A DNA stretch of 64,000 nt. Origin: an uncultured Nitrososphaerota archaeon (GTDB taxonomy: Archaea; Thermoproteota; Nitrososphaeria; Nitrososphaerales; Nitrosopumilaceae). Positions within the stretch are counted from its first letter, which is position 1; the number at the start of each line of letters is the position of its first letter. Positions 9,881 through 20,278 of this stretch are shown piece by piece. The DNA lies in assembly GCA_963824385.1 (NCBI GenBank), contig CAWGPD010000001.1, positions 32,001 to 96,000 of the forward strand, read 5' to 3'. The notes beneath the pieces are model-generated. The model was not told where the DNA came from, ran no database searches, and saw only the letters and a list, made by a program, of their open reading frames with translations. A program made the translations under genes and the position numbers.

Positions 9881-10795
9881 ATGCTAAACATGCAACGAGA
9901 TTTACAACTAACTTTTAGAATGATAATTAGTTTTCTAGCCCTTACTCTAATCTATCTTGTATTTTTGGGCTTTATTGCCGCATATTTTGGACTAGGCATA
10001 CTCCCCATAGCCATGATTGCAGGATTGATGATTGGCGCACAGTGGTTCTTTTCTGATAGAATCGTTTTATGGAGTACGGGAACCAAGATTGTATCCAAGG
10101 AAGAATTTCCAGTGCTACATCAAATAATAGAAAGTTTATGCCAAAAAGCAAACATTCCAAAACCAAAAGTTGGAGTGATGAAAAGTGATGTTCCAAATGC
10201 ATTTGCAACAGGAAAAGGCCCAAAAAGTTCTGTAGTAGTTGTAAGCTTGGGAATTTTGAAAATATTAGACAAGGACGAGCTTGAGGGGGTTTTATCACAT
10301 GAACTTACTCATATAAGAAACAGAGATGTTACAATCATAACACTTGCAAGTCTGTTCTCTACAATTGCATGGTTTCTCATGCAATCTTCAATGTTTAGTA
10401 CAATGTGGGGAGGAGGCTATGGAGGAAGACAGCAGCAAGGCGGAAATACAATTTTGATTCTAATAGTAGCAGGAATAGTTTGGTTCCTAAGTTTTCTAAT
10501 CATCAGAGCAATATCTCGATACAGAGAGTTTGCAGCAGATAGAGGAGGTGCATATCTTACAGGCAAGCCAATGTATCTATCACGTGCACTGATGAAGATT
10601 AGCGGAGAGGTCAAGGTTGCACCAACCCAGGAACTTAAAAAAATAGAAGGACTGAATGCGTTTTTCATAATACCAGCAATATCAGGCCAGACCATTGCAA
10701 GGTTCTTTTCTACGCACCCTCCAGTTACAGAAAGGGTAAAACGCCTGATGCGAATAGAGCAAGAACTTCGCGATTCGGATACACAAGGAATTTAA
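9881..10795 (+). CDS. htpX: Zinc metalloprotease HtpX (M48)
   Basis: PNAFATG, HELTH, SRYREFAAD, STHPP. Confidence 0.93.
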   Translation: MLNMQRDLQLTFRMIISFLALTLIYLVFLGFIAAYFGLGILPIAMIAGLMIGAQWFFSDRIVLWSTGTKIVSKEEFPVLHQIIESLCQKANIPKPKVGVMKSDVPNAFATGKGPKSSVVVVSLGILKILDKDELEGVLSHELTHIRNRDVTIITLASLFSTIAWFLMQSSMFSTMWGGGYGGRQQQGGNTILILIVAGIVWFLSFLIIRAISRYREFAADRGGAYLTGKPMYLSRALMKISGEVKVAPTQELKKIEGLNAFFIIPAISGQTIARFFSTHPPVTERVKRLMRIEQELRDSDTQGI

Positions 10796-10862
10796 TATTA
10801 AATCATAGTTTTCCTTTTTTATCAAATAATCAGAAATTGCAAAAATATACTCTGACATTTGG

Positions 10863-11407
10863 CTATTTAGCCTTCATCCGTTTTATTTTTTCTTGAAGTA
10901 ACATACATCCCTGGATTAGTGTTTCTGGTCTAGGTGGACAACCTGGAACATAAACATCAACGGGAAGAACCCCATCAATTCCCGGTAGTACGTTATACGA
11001 GTCAAAGTATAATCCTCCAGTAATTGCACATGCCCCCATTGCTATGACATATTTTGGATCAGGCATCTGATCATATACCATTCTTAATCTAGGAGCCATC
11101 TTTCTGGTTATAGTTCCCATGACAACAATAAGATCACATTGTCTGAGAGAACCAAATGCTTCGATGATACCAAATCTTTCAACGTCATAACGAGGGCTAG
11201 ATGCACTCCAAATTCCACACTACAACATGCTGTCTCAAGATGGACTGGCCATAGAGAGTAAATTCTGCCCCAGTTTATTGCCATGTCAAATGGTTTTCCA
11301 ACTGCTTTGATTAGTACGTCACCAAGTTTTCCAACTAAGACATTAGTTGCATGTGGTGCAGTATCTTGATTAAATAATTCTTTTAGCATTGTCATGTTTC
11401 TATACAT
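10863..11407 (-). CDS. nuoB: NADH-quinone oxidoreductase subunit B, standalone copy (1-bp deletion near 11205)
   Basis: TACCSVE in one frame; MGACA...[13 protein letters not shown] in the other. Confidence 0.85.
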
Positions 11408-11532
11408 CTCTTTCCCTATTAAACTGGTTCAGACTAAAATTCCCTAGTCCAAACTTTGGAACAAACTACAGAAAATCTGTTCCCTTTGCACTATTTCTTA
11501 ATAGTTCGGGTGTCGTATGATGATTGGGTCCT

Positions 11533-11951
11533 ATGTTTGCAAGGATACTTGTAGCAGTCGATGGTTCGGAATCTGCAAAAAAAGCATTTGAAAAATCAAT
11601 CTACCTTGCTCAGAAATGTAGATTGGAAAGCCAAATCTGGTTCACGTTGTAACATGCGAACTTGGTGGAGATAGTACCATCATTTATGATCTGTTAGATG
11701 AGGCCAAGATAAAGGCTAAAAAAATGTTGGAAGAATACAAAATGGAGGCCTCTAAAAATAACATTCCATTGGAAATCACGATAACACAAGGAGATGCAGC
11801 AAAGATCATAATTGAATTTTCAAAGAAGAACAAGTATGATCTTATAATCATGGGAACTCGTGGGAGAAATGCCTTTGAGGAATTGTTACTTGGTAGTGTC
11901 TCGTTGAAAGTTATGCATCATGCAGTTTGCCCAGTAATGGTAGTAAGATAG
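11533..11951 (+). CDS. Universal stress protein (frameshifted near 11625)
   Basis: MFARILVAVDGSESAKKAF from 11533; C-terminal MGTRG...LLGSVS...CPVMVVR. Confidence 0.8.
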
Positions 11952-12034
11952 TGTATTTGGAATATTTACCTTTGAGAGTCATTTATTTTCTTGATCATTG
12001 TGTTCTTTTTCTTTTAATTGGAATGTATTTGGCC

Positions 12035-12178
12035 TTATGGCAAAATGTGAATTGTACCATCATCAAACCAGTTACAGTCACAGAGTTCCTGAGAATTTTT
12101 TCCAATTTGCTTCATGCATATCATGGCTACTCCCTTATGATCATCTTTTGAATGTCCGCATGTCTTACAGAAATTCAA
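12035..12178 (-). CDS. 47-aa zinc-finger-like microprotein
   Basis: Manual translation (TTG start) MNFCKTCGHSKDDHKGVAMICMKQIGKNSQELCDCNWFDDGTIHILP*. Confidence 0.6.
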   Translation of the reverse strand: MNFCKTCGHSKDDHKGVAMICMKQIGKNSQELCDCNWFDDGTIHILP

Positions 12179-12360
12179 ACTGATGAAATCCTATAACTGA
12201 ATTTATTATAACCAGAAGTGTTATGGACAATTTCCAGTGATTGTTTCAATGAGATAATTGATCTTCCAAGTTCTTAAAACTTTACGATAGCGGATGTATT
12301 CCCGAGCAAATCTGGGGTAAACCATTTTTACGGATTGTCAATAAACTCGTTTGGAGAATT

Positions 12361-12390
12361 AAAATAAAAAAAGGAAAAGGAGTTTTGTAA
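12361..12390 (-). terminator. Pyrimidine/T-rich terminator-like element after the cyclophilin gene
   Basis: Minus strand TTACAAAACTCCTTTTCCTTTTTTTATTTT directly after the stop; related copies at 13025-13060 and 16891-16924. Confidence 0.5.
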
Positions 12391-12870
12391 CTACTCTGAA
12401 ATGGTAATGCGAAAGATTTTAGCCTCTTGGTCAGGGTAGTCATTCTTGCCTCTAGGAAGGTGGCCGATCTTGTCAGCAACATCCATGCCGTTCTTTACCT
12501 CGCCAAACGCGGTATACTGGCCGTCAAGAAACGTGCTGTCGCCTGTTACGATGAAAAACTGTGAACCTGCACTGTTTGGGTCGTCGGACCTTGCCATGGA
12601 AACAACGCCTCTCTGGTGAGGTTTGGAATTAAATTCTGCCTTTATTGCATATCCAGGTCCTCCCATTCCCCAACTGCTTTTGTCTGGTTGTTTTGTATTT
12701 GGATCTCCGCCCTGAATCATGAATCCGGGTATTATCCTGTGGAAAAGTATGCCATCATAAAAATTGGACTTGGCCAGTTTGACAAAATTCCGTACGGTCT
12801 CAGGAGCATAATTTGGTAATAGTTCAAAAACAATGTTTCCAAAGTTGGTCTCTATTGTCATTTGGGGCAC
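12391..12870 (-). CDS. Cyclophilin-type peptidyl-prolyl isomerase
   Basis: FHRIIPGFMIQGGDP, SMAR, SAGSQFFI. Confidence 0.95.
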   Translation of the reverse strand: MPQMTIETNFGNIVFELLPNYAPETVRNFVKLAKSNFYDGILFHRIIPGFMIQGGDPNTKQPDKSSWGMGGPGYAIKAEFNSKPHQRGVVSMARSDDPNSAGSQFFIVTGDSTFLDGQYTAFGEVKNGMDVADKIGHLPRGKNDYPDQEAKIFRITISE

Positions 12871-12914
12871 TTTTCACAAACAGCCATTTTATCATAAGAG
12901 TCTTTCTTCATTCC

Positions 12915-13040
12915 AAGGAGTTTTGTAGTGGAGTCTTTACAGTTTTTGAACTAACAGTTGGTACGAGTCCAAGAGATTTTGTGAGTAAAATTTGATAGAA
13001 AGTGTGTAGTAAGATTATCGAAATCACTACAAAACTCCTT
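12915..13040. repeat. 126-bp segment bounded by perfect 16-bp inverted repeats (MITE-like)
   Basis: AAGGAGTTTTGTAGTG (12915-12930) / CACTACAAAACTCCTT (13025-13040). Confidence 0.55.
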
Positions 13041-13138
13041 TCCTTAATTTTTTATTTTATCTTATTGTTTCATGTCTTTAGAATTATAATATATTTTCAA
13101 CAATTGTTTCAGTTGAGGGAATTAAATACATGTTACAA

Positions 13139-13152
13139 TTAGGCTTGCCTAA
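13139..13152. promoter_or_regulatory. DtxR/MntR-type operator TTAGGCTTGCCTAA
   Basis: Palindrome between the TATA box and the ATG of the multicopper oxidase; four more copies in the window. Confidence 0.7.
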
Positions 13153-13154
13153 GG

Positions 13155-14662
13155 ATGATATCAAAAACCGTTATTTTGTTTGGCATAATCATTGCACTCT
13201 CATCTGCACTAACAGGAGTTGTTGTCTATCACTTTACTTCAAATTCAAACCAGGCTACAATGGTAACCCAGACTGCAACTCCTACTATACTCCAAGGTGT
13301 TACTAGGACCTATTACATTGCAGCAAACGAGGTAAACTGGAATTATGCTCCATCAGGTACAAACCTGATAACAGGTCAGCCGTTTAATGCTACTACTTGG
13401 TCAGCGCTCTATACACAAAATGGAGTAGACAGGATTGGTACTGTATATCTAAAATGTCTCTATCAGGGATATACCGATGATTCTTTTACAACATTACAAA
13501 ACAGAACTGCCGAGTGGGAACATCTTGGCATACTGGGGCCTGTTATTCATGCAGAAGTTGGTGATACCATCAAAGTAGTATTCAAGAATAATTGTAGAAT
13601 TCCTGTCAGTATGCATCCACATGGTGTTTTGTATGACAAGGCATCAGAGGGCGCACCATACAATGACGGCGTACCTGACTCACAAAAAGGTGGTGAAGCA
13701 GTACCGCCTGGTGGCAACTTTACATATATCTGGAATGTGCCAGAGAGGGCAGGTCCTGGACCACACAATCCAAGTTCCATATTGTGGATGTATCATTCGC
13801 ATGTAAATGAGATTACAGATACCAGTGCAGGACTTGTTGGACCTATTATAATAACAAGAAATGGAGAGGCAAATCCTGACGGTACTCCGAAAGGGTGTTG
13901 ATAGGGAAATGTTATATTGTTTACAATACTTAATGAAACCAGCAGTCCATATTTGCCAATCAACATCAAGACATTACTGGGAGACATCTAGCAGGTAAAC
14001 GAAATGACCCAATTCTGGGAAAGCAATCTCAAGTATTCTATTAATGGTTACATGTTTGGAAATACACCAGGACTTGATATGCAACAAAATACTCATGTGC
14101 GTTGGTATGTGGCAGGAATGGGTAACAAGAGTGGATGCACGCACCACATTGGCATGGAAATGCATTAATGATAGCCGGCATGTCACAGACATGGTAGAAC
14201 TTCTTCCAATGAGCATGAAGGTGCTAAACATGTACCCTGACAACGTGGGCACCTGGCTTTTTCACTGCCATGTAAATGATCACATCCAAGGTGGAATGAT
14301 GGCATTATATACTGTAGAGAAAATTAATGCAACACAATCCAACAATACAACTGGGGAAAATCTCAAAATTGGATTAACAACTGATACTGCAAATCCAACT
14401 ACTGGACAACCAACTAATCTCAAGGTAGATTTTATCGATGGTCGACCAATTCAATGAGGACATGTTGATTACAAAGTTAGCATTCTCCAGGGAACAACTG
14501 AGGTCTTTCCACCTGCTTTTACACACTACTGATGGTTCTGTCACTATTCCATACAAGTTCCAAAATGCAGGAGCCTACCAGGTGGTAGTTGAGGTGGACG
14601 GGGTTTGGTTCCTGCCAGTTTCAGAGACTGCGCAATTTCCAATCAATGTTTCAAGTTCATAA
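13155..14662 (+). CDS. Secreted multicopper oxidase (ceruloplasmin/hephaestin-like cupredoxin domains), several frameshifts
   Basis: YYIAA.E..WNYAP, LGILGPVIHAEVGD, SMHPHG, WMYHSH, WLFHCHVNDHIQGGM spread over successive frames. Confidence 0.8.
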
Positions 14663-14960
14663 AATATATGTAAAATTTAGTTGAAAGAATTTTTGTATTA
14701 GCCTTTGTATTGAATTCATTTTATGAAACTAAAGTGTATTAAAAAAAATAAGATATTATCTTTTGAACTAACTGTCAGTTCAAGTCTTAGGATTCAAATC
14801 TTCGGGTTCAGACCTGTTAGATTCTGTACACAGAGTCCAAGTTACAGTTTGTAAATCATGAAGGACTTGTACTAATTTCACGTTATAATGATATTTCAAA
14901 TTGTTAGAATTAACATTTGTTTTTACAAATTGTTTCTATCATACAGTTAAAATGCTACAA

Positions 14961-14974
14961 TTAGCTTGACCTAA
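14961..14974. promoter_or_regulatory. DtxR/MntR-type operator TTAGCTTGACCTAA
   Basis: Same palindrome and promoter layout, upstream of the ZIP gene. Confidence 0.65.
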
Positions 14975-15052
14975 ATGTGCACGCAAATTCTATAGTTTTA
15001 TCATATGCTACAATAATAGGCTCTTTTATGGCTTCATCAGGAGGTAAAAAAG

Positions 15053-15870
15053 TTGGTTGACTTTACAACGACACTGATACTCAGTGCGGTCATGGGTCTT
15101 TCTACCTTTTTGTCTCTACCACTTGTTCTCCGCAAAAAACTGGGTAATAGAAAAATCATATTTTTCAACTCTGTTGCAGTTGGCATTCTTGTCTTTCTGA
15201 TGGCAGACATCTATTCTGATGTAGCTCCGATGTTAAGTAACGGTTCCTTGCAAGGGTATGGCACAGATCCATTTTTTGATCGGTTATGTCGCACATATGC
15301 ACTGGTGGATTTCTTGTCTTGTATTTCTTGGAACACAAATCAAAGCACGGATTATCACCTATCAAACTGGCTCTGATAATTGCCATTGCTATGGGATTCC
15401 AGAACTTAACTGAAGGATTAGTCTTGGAGTGCAAGTGTAAAGTATGGACTTGTAGGTAAGACGTTTGTAATACTGGCAGGTTTCTCAATTCAGAATTTAA
15501 CAGAAGGCTTTCCAATTGCTGCCCCGATGGCAGGCAAATTGGACAGAAAGTTGGCATATTATGTATGATGTTCCTAATAGGAAGTGTTCCAACAATACTT
15601 GGTGGTGGCATTGGATATGTTTACAATTCAAATGTCCTTGATGTACTGTTTAATGGCATTGCAATAGGTACTATACTATATGTAATACTTCCAATGTTTA
15701 GAATACTCTTCAGGGAACCACGTGAGGAACCAACACAGGTTGTTGCTATAATACCACAGGGCTCAAAAGAAAAGCACGGTCATACTCTGGTACATGCCTT
15801 AACCCAGCGAGCCATCTATCTTGGAATTTTTATTGGCTTTGCACTTGGCTGGATTGTAAATTTAGTGTAA
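15053..15870 (+). CDS. ZIP-family metal transporter (frameshifted)
   Basis: AVGILVFL, GFQNLTEG and QNLTEGF motifs; paralog of 43179-44027. Confidence 0.75.
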
Positions 15871-16065
15871 GACGAACAATATCTTGTGTAAACTAATTTT
15901 TGATACATAGTAATCAGAATGACAATGTTAGTTGTTTTTTTATCTATGTTAGAGTCTGTCTTGTTGTAGAAAATTATTTTTTTGAATTTATGATGTATTA
16001 CACGAAATTAGAATTAGAATTTATTTTAATATCTTGTTTCTTTCAAACAGGTTAAATGCTCTTGA

Positions 16066-16079
16066 TTAGCCTGACCTAA
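16066..16079. promoter_or_regulatory. DtxR/MntR-type operator TTAGCCTGACCTAA
   Basis: Palindrome 2 bp before the ATG of the pentapeptide gene. Confidence 0.65.
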
Positions 16080-16081
16080 TC

Positions 16082-16825
16082 ATGCAGACAAATCCAAAAA
16101 TCATTTTATTTTTTATCACTGCAATATTGATCCTATTCCCAATGGGACAAGTAACAAAGGTTTTTGGTGACAATCAAAATCCAAATCAATATGCTGACGA
16201 AAATAATTTTGTAACACCATCAACAAAACTTTGCAAAATGCAAGTACATCCAGGTGTAGACTTGAGTAATTGTCATTGGTATGACCTTCGTATTCATAAC
16301 GCTAATTTGTATGGCGCTAATCTGTCAGGAAGTGTATTTGTAAACGCAGATTTGCTTGGTGACAACCTTCAAAATGCAGATCTACAAAATGTAAACTTGA
16401 AGGGAGTCAACCTTTCAGGTGTAAACCTTTCAGGTGCAAACCTTCGTGGCGCTGACCTTAGATATGCAGTTATTTGGTCCACAAATTTTAATGGAGCGGA
16501 TCTTAGAGGTGCCAAGTTTACTGGAACCACATTTCCGTGGTCTACCTTTCAAGATGCAAACATGCAAGATGCAATATTCACACAAGCCCAATTTGGTGGT
16601 GTTGATTTTACAAGTGCAAATATGAAAGGTGTAGATCTTTCATATTGCGTATGTCAGACTTCTACTTTTACACATGCTAATCTGGAAAATGCAAACCTTT
16701 CTGATGCATCTCTTGTAGGGGATATCTTTGCACATGCAGACCTTCATGGTGCAAACATGCAAGGAGCTGATATTTCAGGTATTGATAACTCGTGTTATGG
16801 AAATAAAATTTGCATGTATCCTTAA
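16082..16825 (+). CDS. Secreted pentapeptide-repeat protein
   Basis: Signal peptide plus A(D/N)LXX repeats. Confidence 0.9.
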   Translation: MQTNPKIILFFITAILILFPMGQVTKVFGDNQNPNQYADENNFVTPSTKLCKMQVHPGVDLSNCHWYDLRIHNANLYGANLSGSVFVNADLLGDNLQNADLQNVNLKGVNLSGVNLSGANLRGADLRYAVIWSTNFNGADLRGAKFTGTTFPWSTFQDANMQDAIFTQAQFGGVDFTSANMKGVDLSYCVCQTSTFTHANLENANLSDASLVGDIFAHADLHGANMQGADISGIDNSCYGNKICMYP

Positions 16826-16955
16826 GATGTATGTTTGATCAGGAAAAATCAGTTTTGTCATGATTCTTTCAATGAAATTACTCCCCATTCAAAATAAAAA
16901 AACTAAGGAAAAAAGTTTTGTAACAAGTCTTACAGGACTAGAGTATTCAGTGGTT

Positions 16956-17070
16956 TTAGGCTAGTGAGATTTGGTGACCAGCAAGAGTACAAAATATGCA
17001 CAGTGCATAATATTTACTCCAGATATCTCGCGTACAGCCACATTTACAGTCACATTTTTCTTAGTTTCAA
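16956..17070 (-). CDS. Cys-rich microprotein (needs one A removed from a homopolymer)
   Basis: Reconstructs as MKLRKCDCKCGCTRDIWSKYYALCIFCTLAGHQISLA*. Confidence 0.35.
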
Positions 17071-17142
17071 TTTTTTATCCTATATATCATAAGACTGACT
17101 GGGGTATTTGTAAGATTATCTAATTTATCAATTTGACAAGGT

Positions 17143-17590
17143 CTAGTGAACAATGGTAACAGGACAGGCAGCGTGTTCTGATACATGCCTTGCAGTACTT
17201 CCAAGTCTTTTCAGAGATGAAACACCGGTTGAGCTTTCTGCTTCCCATTACCACTAGATCAATTTTTGATCTTTTTACCTCTTTTAAAATAGCATCGGAT
17301 ACGTCATCATGGACAATTTTATAAAATGTCTTTGCGCCCTCCTCTCTGCATTTTTCTGTAATTTTTTTCATCTCCTTTTCACCCTGCTCTGTTAGAGATT
17401 TTACAACCTGTTGATAATTCATAACTGCAGTTCCTGAAAAAACAGAGTCACTTATTGGATAGTAGACAGGAATTACCATCAAGAGTTTCAGATCAGCATT
17501 AAAATTTCTTGCAATATCTTTTGCCAATTCTAATGCCTTTTTTGAAAGAGGTGAGCCATCATATGGGACCAAGATATTTTTTAGTAGCAA
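17143..17590 (-). CDS. Universal stress protein (frameshift near 17228)
   Basis: NILVPYDGS, VMGSRK; the other frame supplies LGSTARHVSEHAACPVTIVH*. Confidence 0.85.
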
Positions 17591-17860
17591 TTAGAACAGT
17601 TCCTTGACTTTACTTTTGTATACTTCAACAATTTGTCCAAATTCTGTATAGTCACTAGCAGATGGAATTTGCATTCGCATTGCACATTGTGATACAAAGA
17701 CTGTCAACGCGTTTCCCACCATCATGTTAAAAGTCATCTCAGAGAGGTCTTTAACCGCAGGAAAAGCCATTTTAAGAAATGGCAGGTAGATCTTTGTCTG
17801 GTTTAACATTAGTTCCATGTTCTTCTCAATTGCTGCTTTTACCTCAGGCTGGATAGTCAT
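17591..17860 (-). CDS. Conserved thaumarchaeal hypothetical protein
   Basis: Coding-like 89-aa ORF in the operon with the USP. Confidence 0.65.
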   Translation of the reverse strand: MTIQPEVKAAIEKNMELMLNQTKIYLPFLKMAFPAVKDLSEMTFNMMVGNALTVFVSQCAMRMQIPSASDYTEFGQIVEVYKSKVKELF

Positions 17861-17861
17861 T

Positions 17862-18074
17862 CTAATTCACCGAGACTACCTGGTACGGTTTTGATTGATA
17901 GTGAGTAGAGCATAGAAACACCATTTCTCCATTTAACACCTTGGCTGTAATCGAGATTCCATTTAATTCTTTTTTGCATATATGGCATGTAAGCGGTTTG
18001 ACATCAGATTTTATGAATTTTTTTTCATGTGAAAAATACAAGTCCTGAGTATGGAGCTCTCTGCCATATTTCAT
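17862..18074 (-). CDS. Small CxxC...CxxH zinc-finger protein
   Basis: QDLYF...CHICKKELNGISITAK...LCSTH; paralog at 51870-52086. Confidence 0.7.
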   Translation of the reverse strand: MKYGRELHTQDLYFSHEKKFIKSDVKPLTCHICKKELNGISITAKVLNGEMVFLCSTHYQSKPYQVVSVN

Positions 18075-18132
18075 AAAAGACAGTTTCAATATTATTAAAG
18101 TGATCTTCATTATCAAGATAGAGTTCAAGTGG

Positions 18133-18148
18133 TTATCAGTTCTGATAA
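18133..18148. promoter_or_regulatory. Palindrome TTATCA-N4-TGATAA
   Basis: Perfect arms in a divergent promoter, about 13 bp upstream of the TATA box; second perfect copy at 29832-29847. Confidence 0.55.
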
Positions 18149-18188
18149 TCCTGACAGAAATTTTATACTAAATTAATGGATTATTGTC

Positions 18189-18638
18189 GTGACCGTGACT
18201 CGCGATATAATGTCAAGTAAAATAGTCACAATTGAATCAAATGTATCATCTACTGAAATTGCAAAGATCATGGACAAAAACAAGGTAAGCAGTATCATAA
18301 TAACAAAAGATCAAGTGCCAGTTGGCATAGTAACGGAGAGAGATATGGTATCAAAGATTGTTGCACAAAACAAGAAACCGTCTGAAGTAAAGACTGCAGA
18401 GATTACAGCCTCACCTCTTTTCATAGTAAGTTCACTTACACCCACAGATGAGGTAGCAAAGAAAATGGTAGATAAAAAAATTAGGCGAGTTGTGGTAATG
18501 GATTCTGACCAGGCACTAGGAATCATAACAGTGACAGATTTTGTAAAGCACTTGCATGAGATGCTTGCGGATTCTGAAAATTACAACAAGGTTCTATATC
18601 AGCGTCTAATAGAAGACTGGGAATACTGGATGTCCTAA
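18189..18638 (+). CDS. CBS-pair protein
   Basis: GIVTERD, GIITVTD. Confidence 0.9.
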   Translation: MTVTRDIMSSKIVTIESNVSSTEIAKIMDKNKVSSIIITKDQVPVGIVTERDMVSKIVAQNKKPSEVKTAEITASPLFIVSSLTPTDEVAKKMVDKKIRRVVVMDSDQALGIITVTDFVKHLHEMLADSENYNKVLYQRLIEDWEYWMS

Positions 18639-18761
18639 TCAGGACATGAATTTGTTAGTATAAAATTTGAAATTAATGTATGAATCCAAGGATGGTCCCG
18701 GCATTACCAGATATTATAATAGGATGTCAAGTTTTTATGTATCAATTTCATACTGGAACCA

Positions 18762-19205
18762 TTGGATAATTTTTCTGCCAAAGACATAATGAAGAACCCG
18801 GTTGTTACAGTTGATTCTGCCATGTCAGTTATGGATACAGCAAAGATAATGGATGATGCAGGCATTGGCTGTGTTGTTGTCATAGAGAACAATATTGCAG
18901 TGGGTATAGTAACAGAGCGCGATTTTGTCAAAAGGGTTGTATCTCGTGCAATTCCACTGACAACTCCAATAAAAAAAGTAATGTCGTCTCCGTTGATTGT
19001 AGTAAATCCAGAAGAGAACATTTGGGAAGTGGCAGAACTTATGAAACAGAGAAGGATTCACAAGGTTCCAGTGGTATATCAGGATCTCCTAGTTGGAATT
19101 GTAACAGCAACTGACTTGACCAAACTATGCAGCATTGGCTCTGATTCAGAGATGCGAAGGATAACAGACCAGATACTTTTGCGAATGAAGCCTGCAGACA
19201 AGTAA
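18762..19205 (+). CDS. CBS-pair protein
   Basis: GIVTERD, GIVTATD. Confidence 0.9.
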   Translation: MDNFSAKDIMKNPVVTVDSAMSVMDTAKIMDDAGIGCVVVIENNIAVGIVTERDFVKRVVSRAIPLTTPIKKVMSSPLIVVNPEENIWEVAELMKQRRIHKVPVVYQDLLVGIVTATDLTKLCSIGSDSEMRRITDQILLRMKPADK

Positions 19206-19211
19206 TTTAGT

Positions 19212-20074
19212 TTAATTTTTAACTATAGCGCGTACAATGTCAGTCTTTGTTACAATTCCTACCAATAGCTTGCCCTTGACAACTGGCAGTCCGCTGATTC
19301 CATTACTTATGCATCAAGTGGGACGACATTTGATACATCGTCTGATACATCTACAGTTATTGGGTTTGATGTCATAATATCAGTTGCAATAAATGTCAAA
19401 AGATAACTTCCAGTACGTTTTGAGCGATACTCTTTTGGATTTGTAGCCATCCTATAGTTTTCAACTTCGGTTCAATATCCAGATTGTTTTAGCCATAGAG
19501 GCATCTTGGCAGGTATGAAATCTCTGTGAGTGATAATTCCAACAGGCTGTCTGTTTCTTTCTACAACTACTCTAGATATTTTATTGTTGACAAGAACACT
19601 TTCAACATATAGTAATGAATCTGCTGGTTTTACTGTAATTACATCTCTTGTCATGATTTTAGAGACTAGTAATGGTTCTGTGGCTTGTGTTAAAAATACG
19701 GATGCCAGTACTCTACTTGTAATAATTCCAGCTAGTGTCTTGTCTTTGTGTAGTACTATAACAGAACTGATTTTATTATCAAGCATTAGTTTAGCACAGT
19801 CGTATAACGTTGCACCTTCTGGAACAGTAACAAGGTCTTTAGACATAACATCAGATACGCGTGTAGCCTCTAGTGGTTTTGCATCAATTCTATAGATTGC
19901 CTTTACCAGGTCTTTTTCTGTAAGCATGCCTACTGGCTTGTCTTTTTCTGATACCATAAGTCGGCTAATCCTGTGCTTGAGTAAAATTGCTCTTGCATCC
20001 AAGAGGCTTGTTCGTGGGGTTACTACAATTGTTTTTTTTATTACTTGATTTATGCTGTCATTTTTTAGTTTCAA
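19212..20074 (-). CDS. Four-CBS-domain protein (frameshifted C-terminus)
   Basis: GMLTEKD, GIITHRD; the last CBS (ISGLPV...VGIVTKTDIV) lies in other frames down to 19212. Confidence 0.8.
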
Positions 20075-20278
20075 TAATTTTCATATATTTTGGGTGGATT
20101 ATAGGCTTTTTACAAATCTCACTTGTGATAACACTGTCAATACTTTCATAATTACAATCCATCTAAATTTTTGGCGATAATTTTTAAGTCATAGGTTAGA
20201 GTTCGGGGGTTCTCTTGCTGACAGTCAGTGCTGGCATTGAGAATATAGATATTACATAGATCCACCATTAGGATCATA

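Noticed and set aside
16300..16780. DNA tandem repeat (AACCTTTCAGGTG)
   Set aside because: Explained by pentapeptide-repeat coding.
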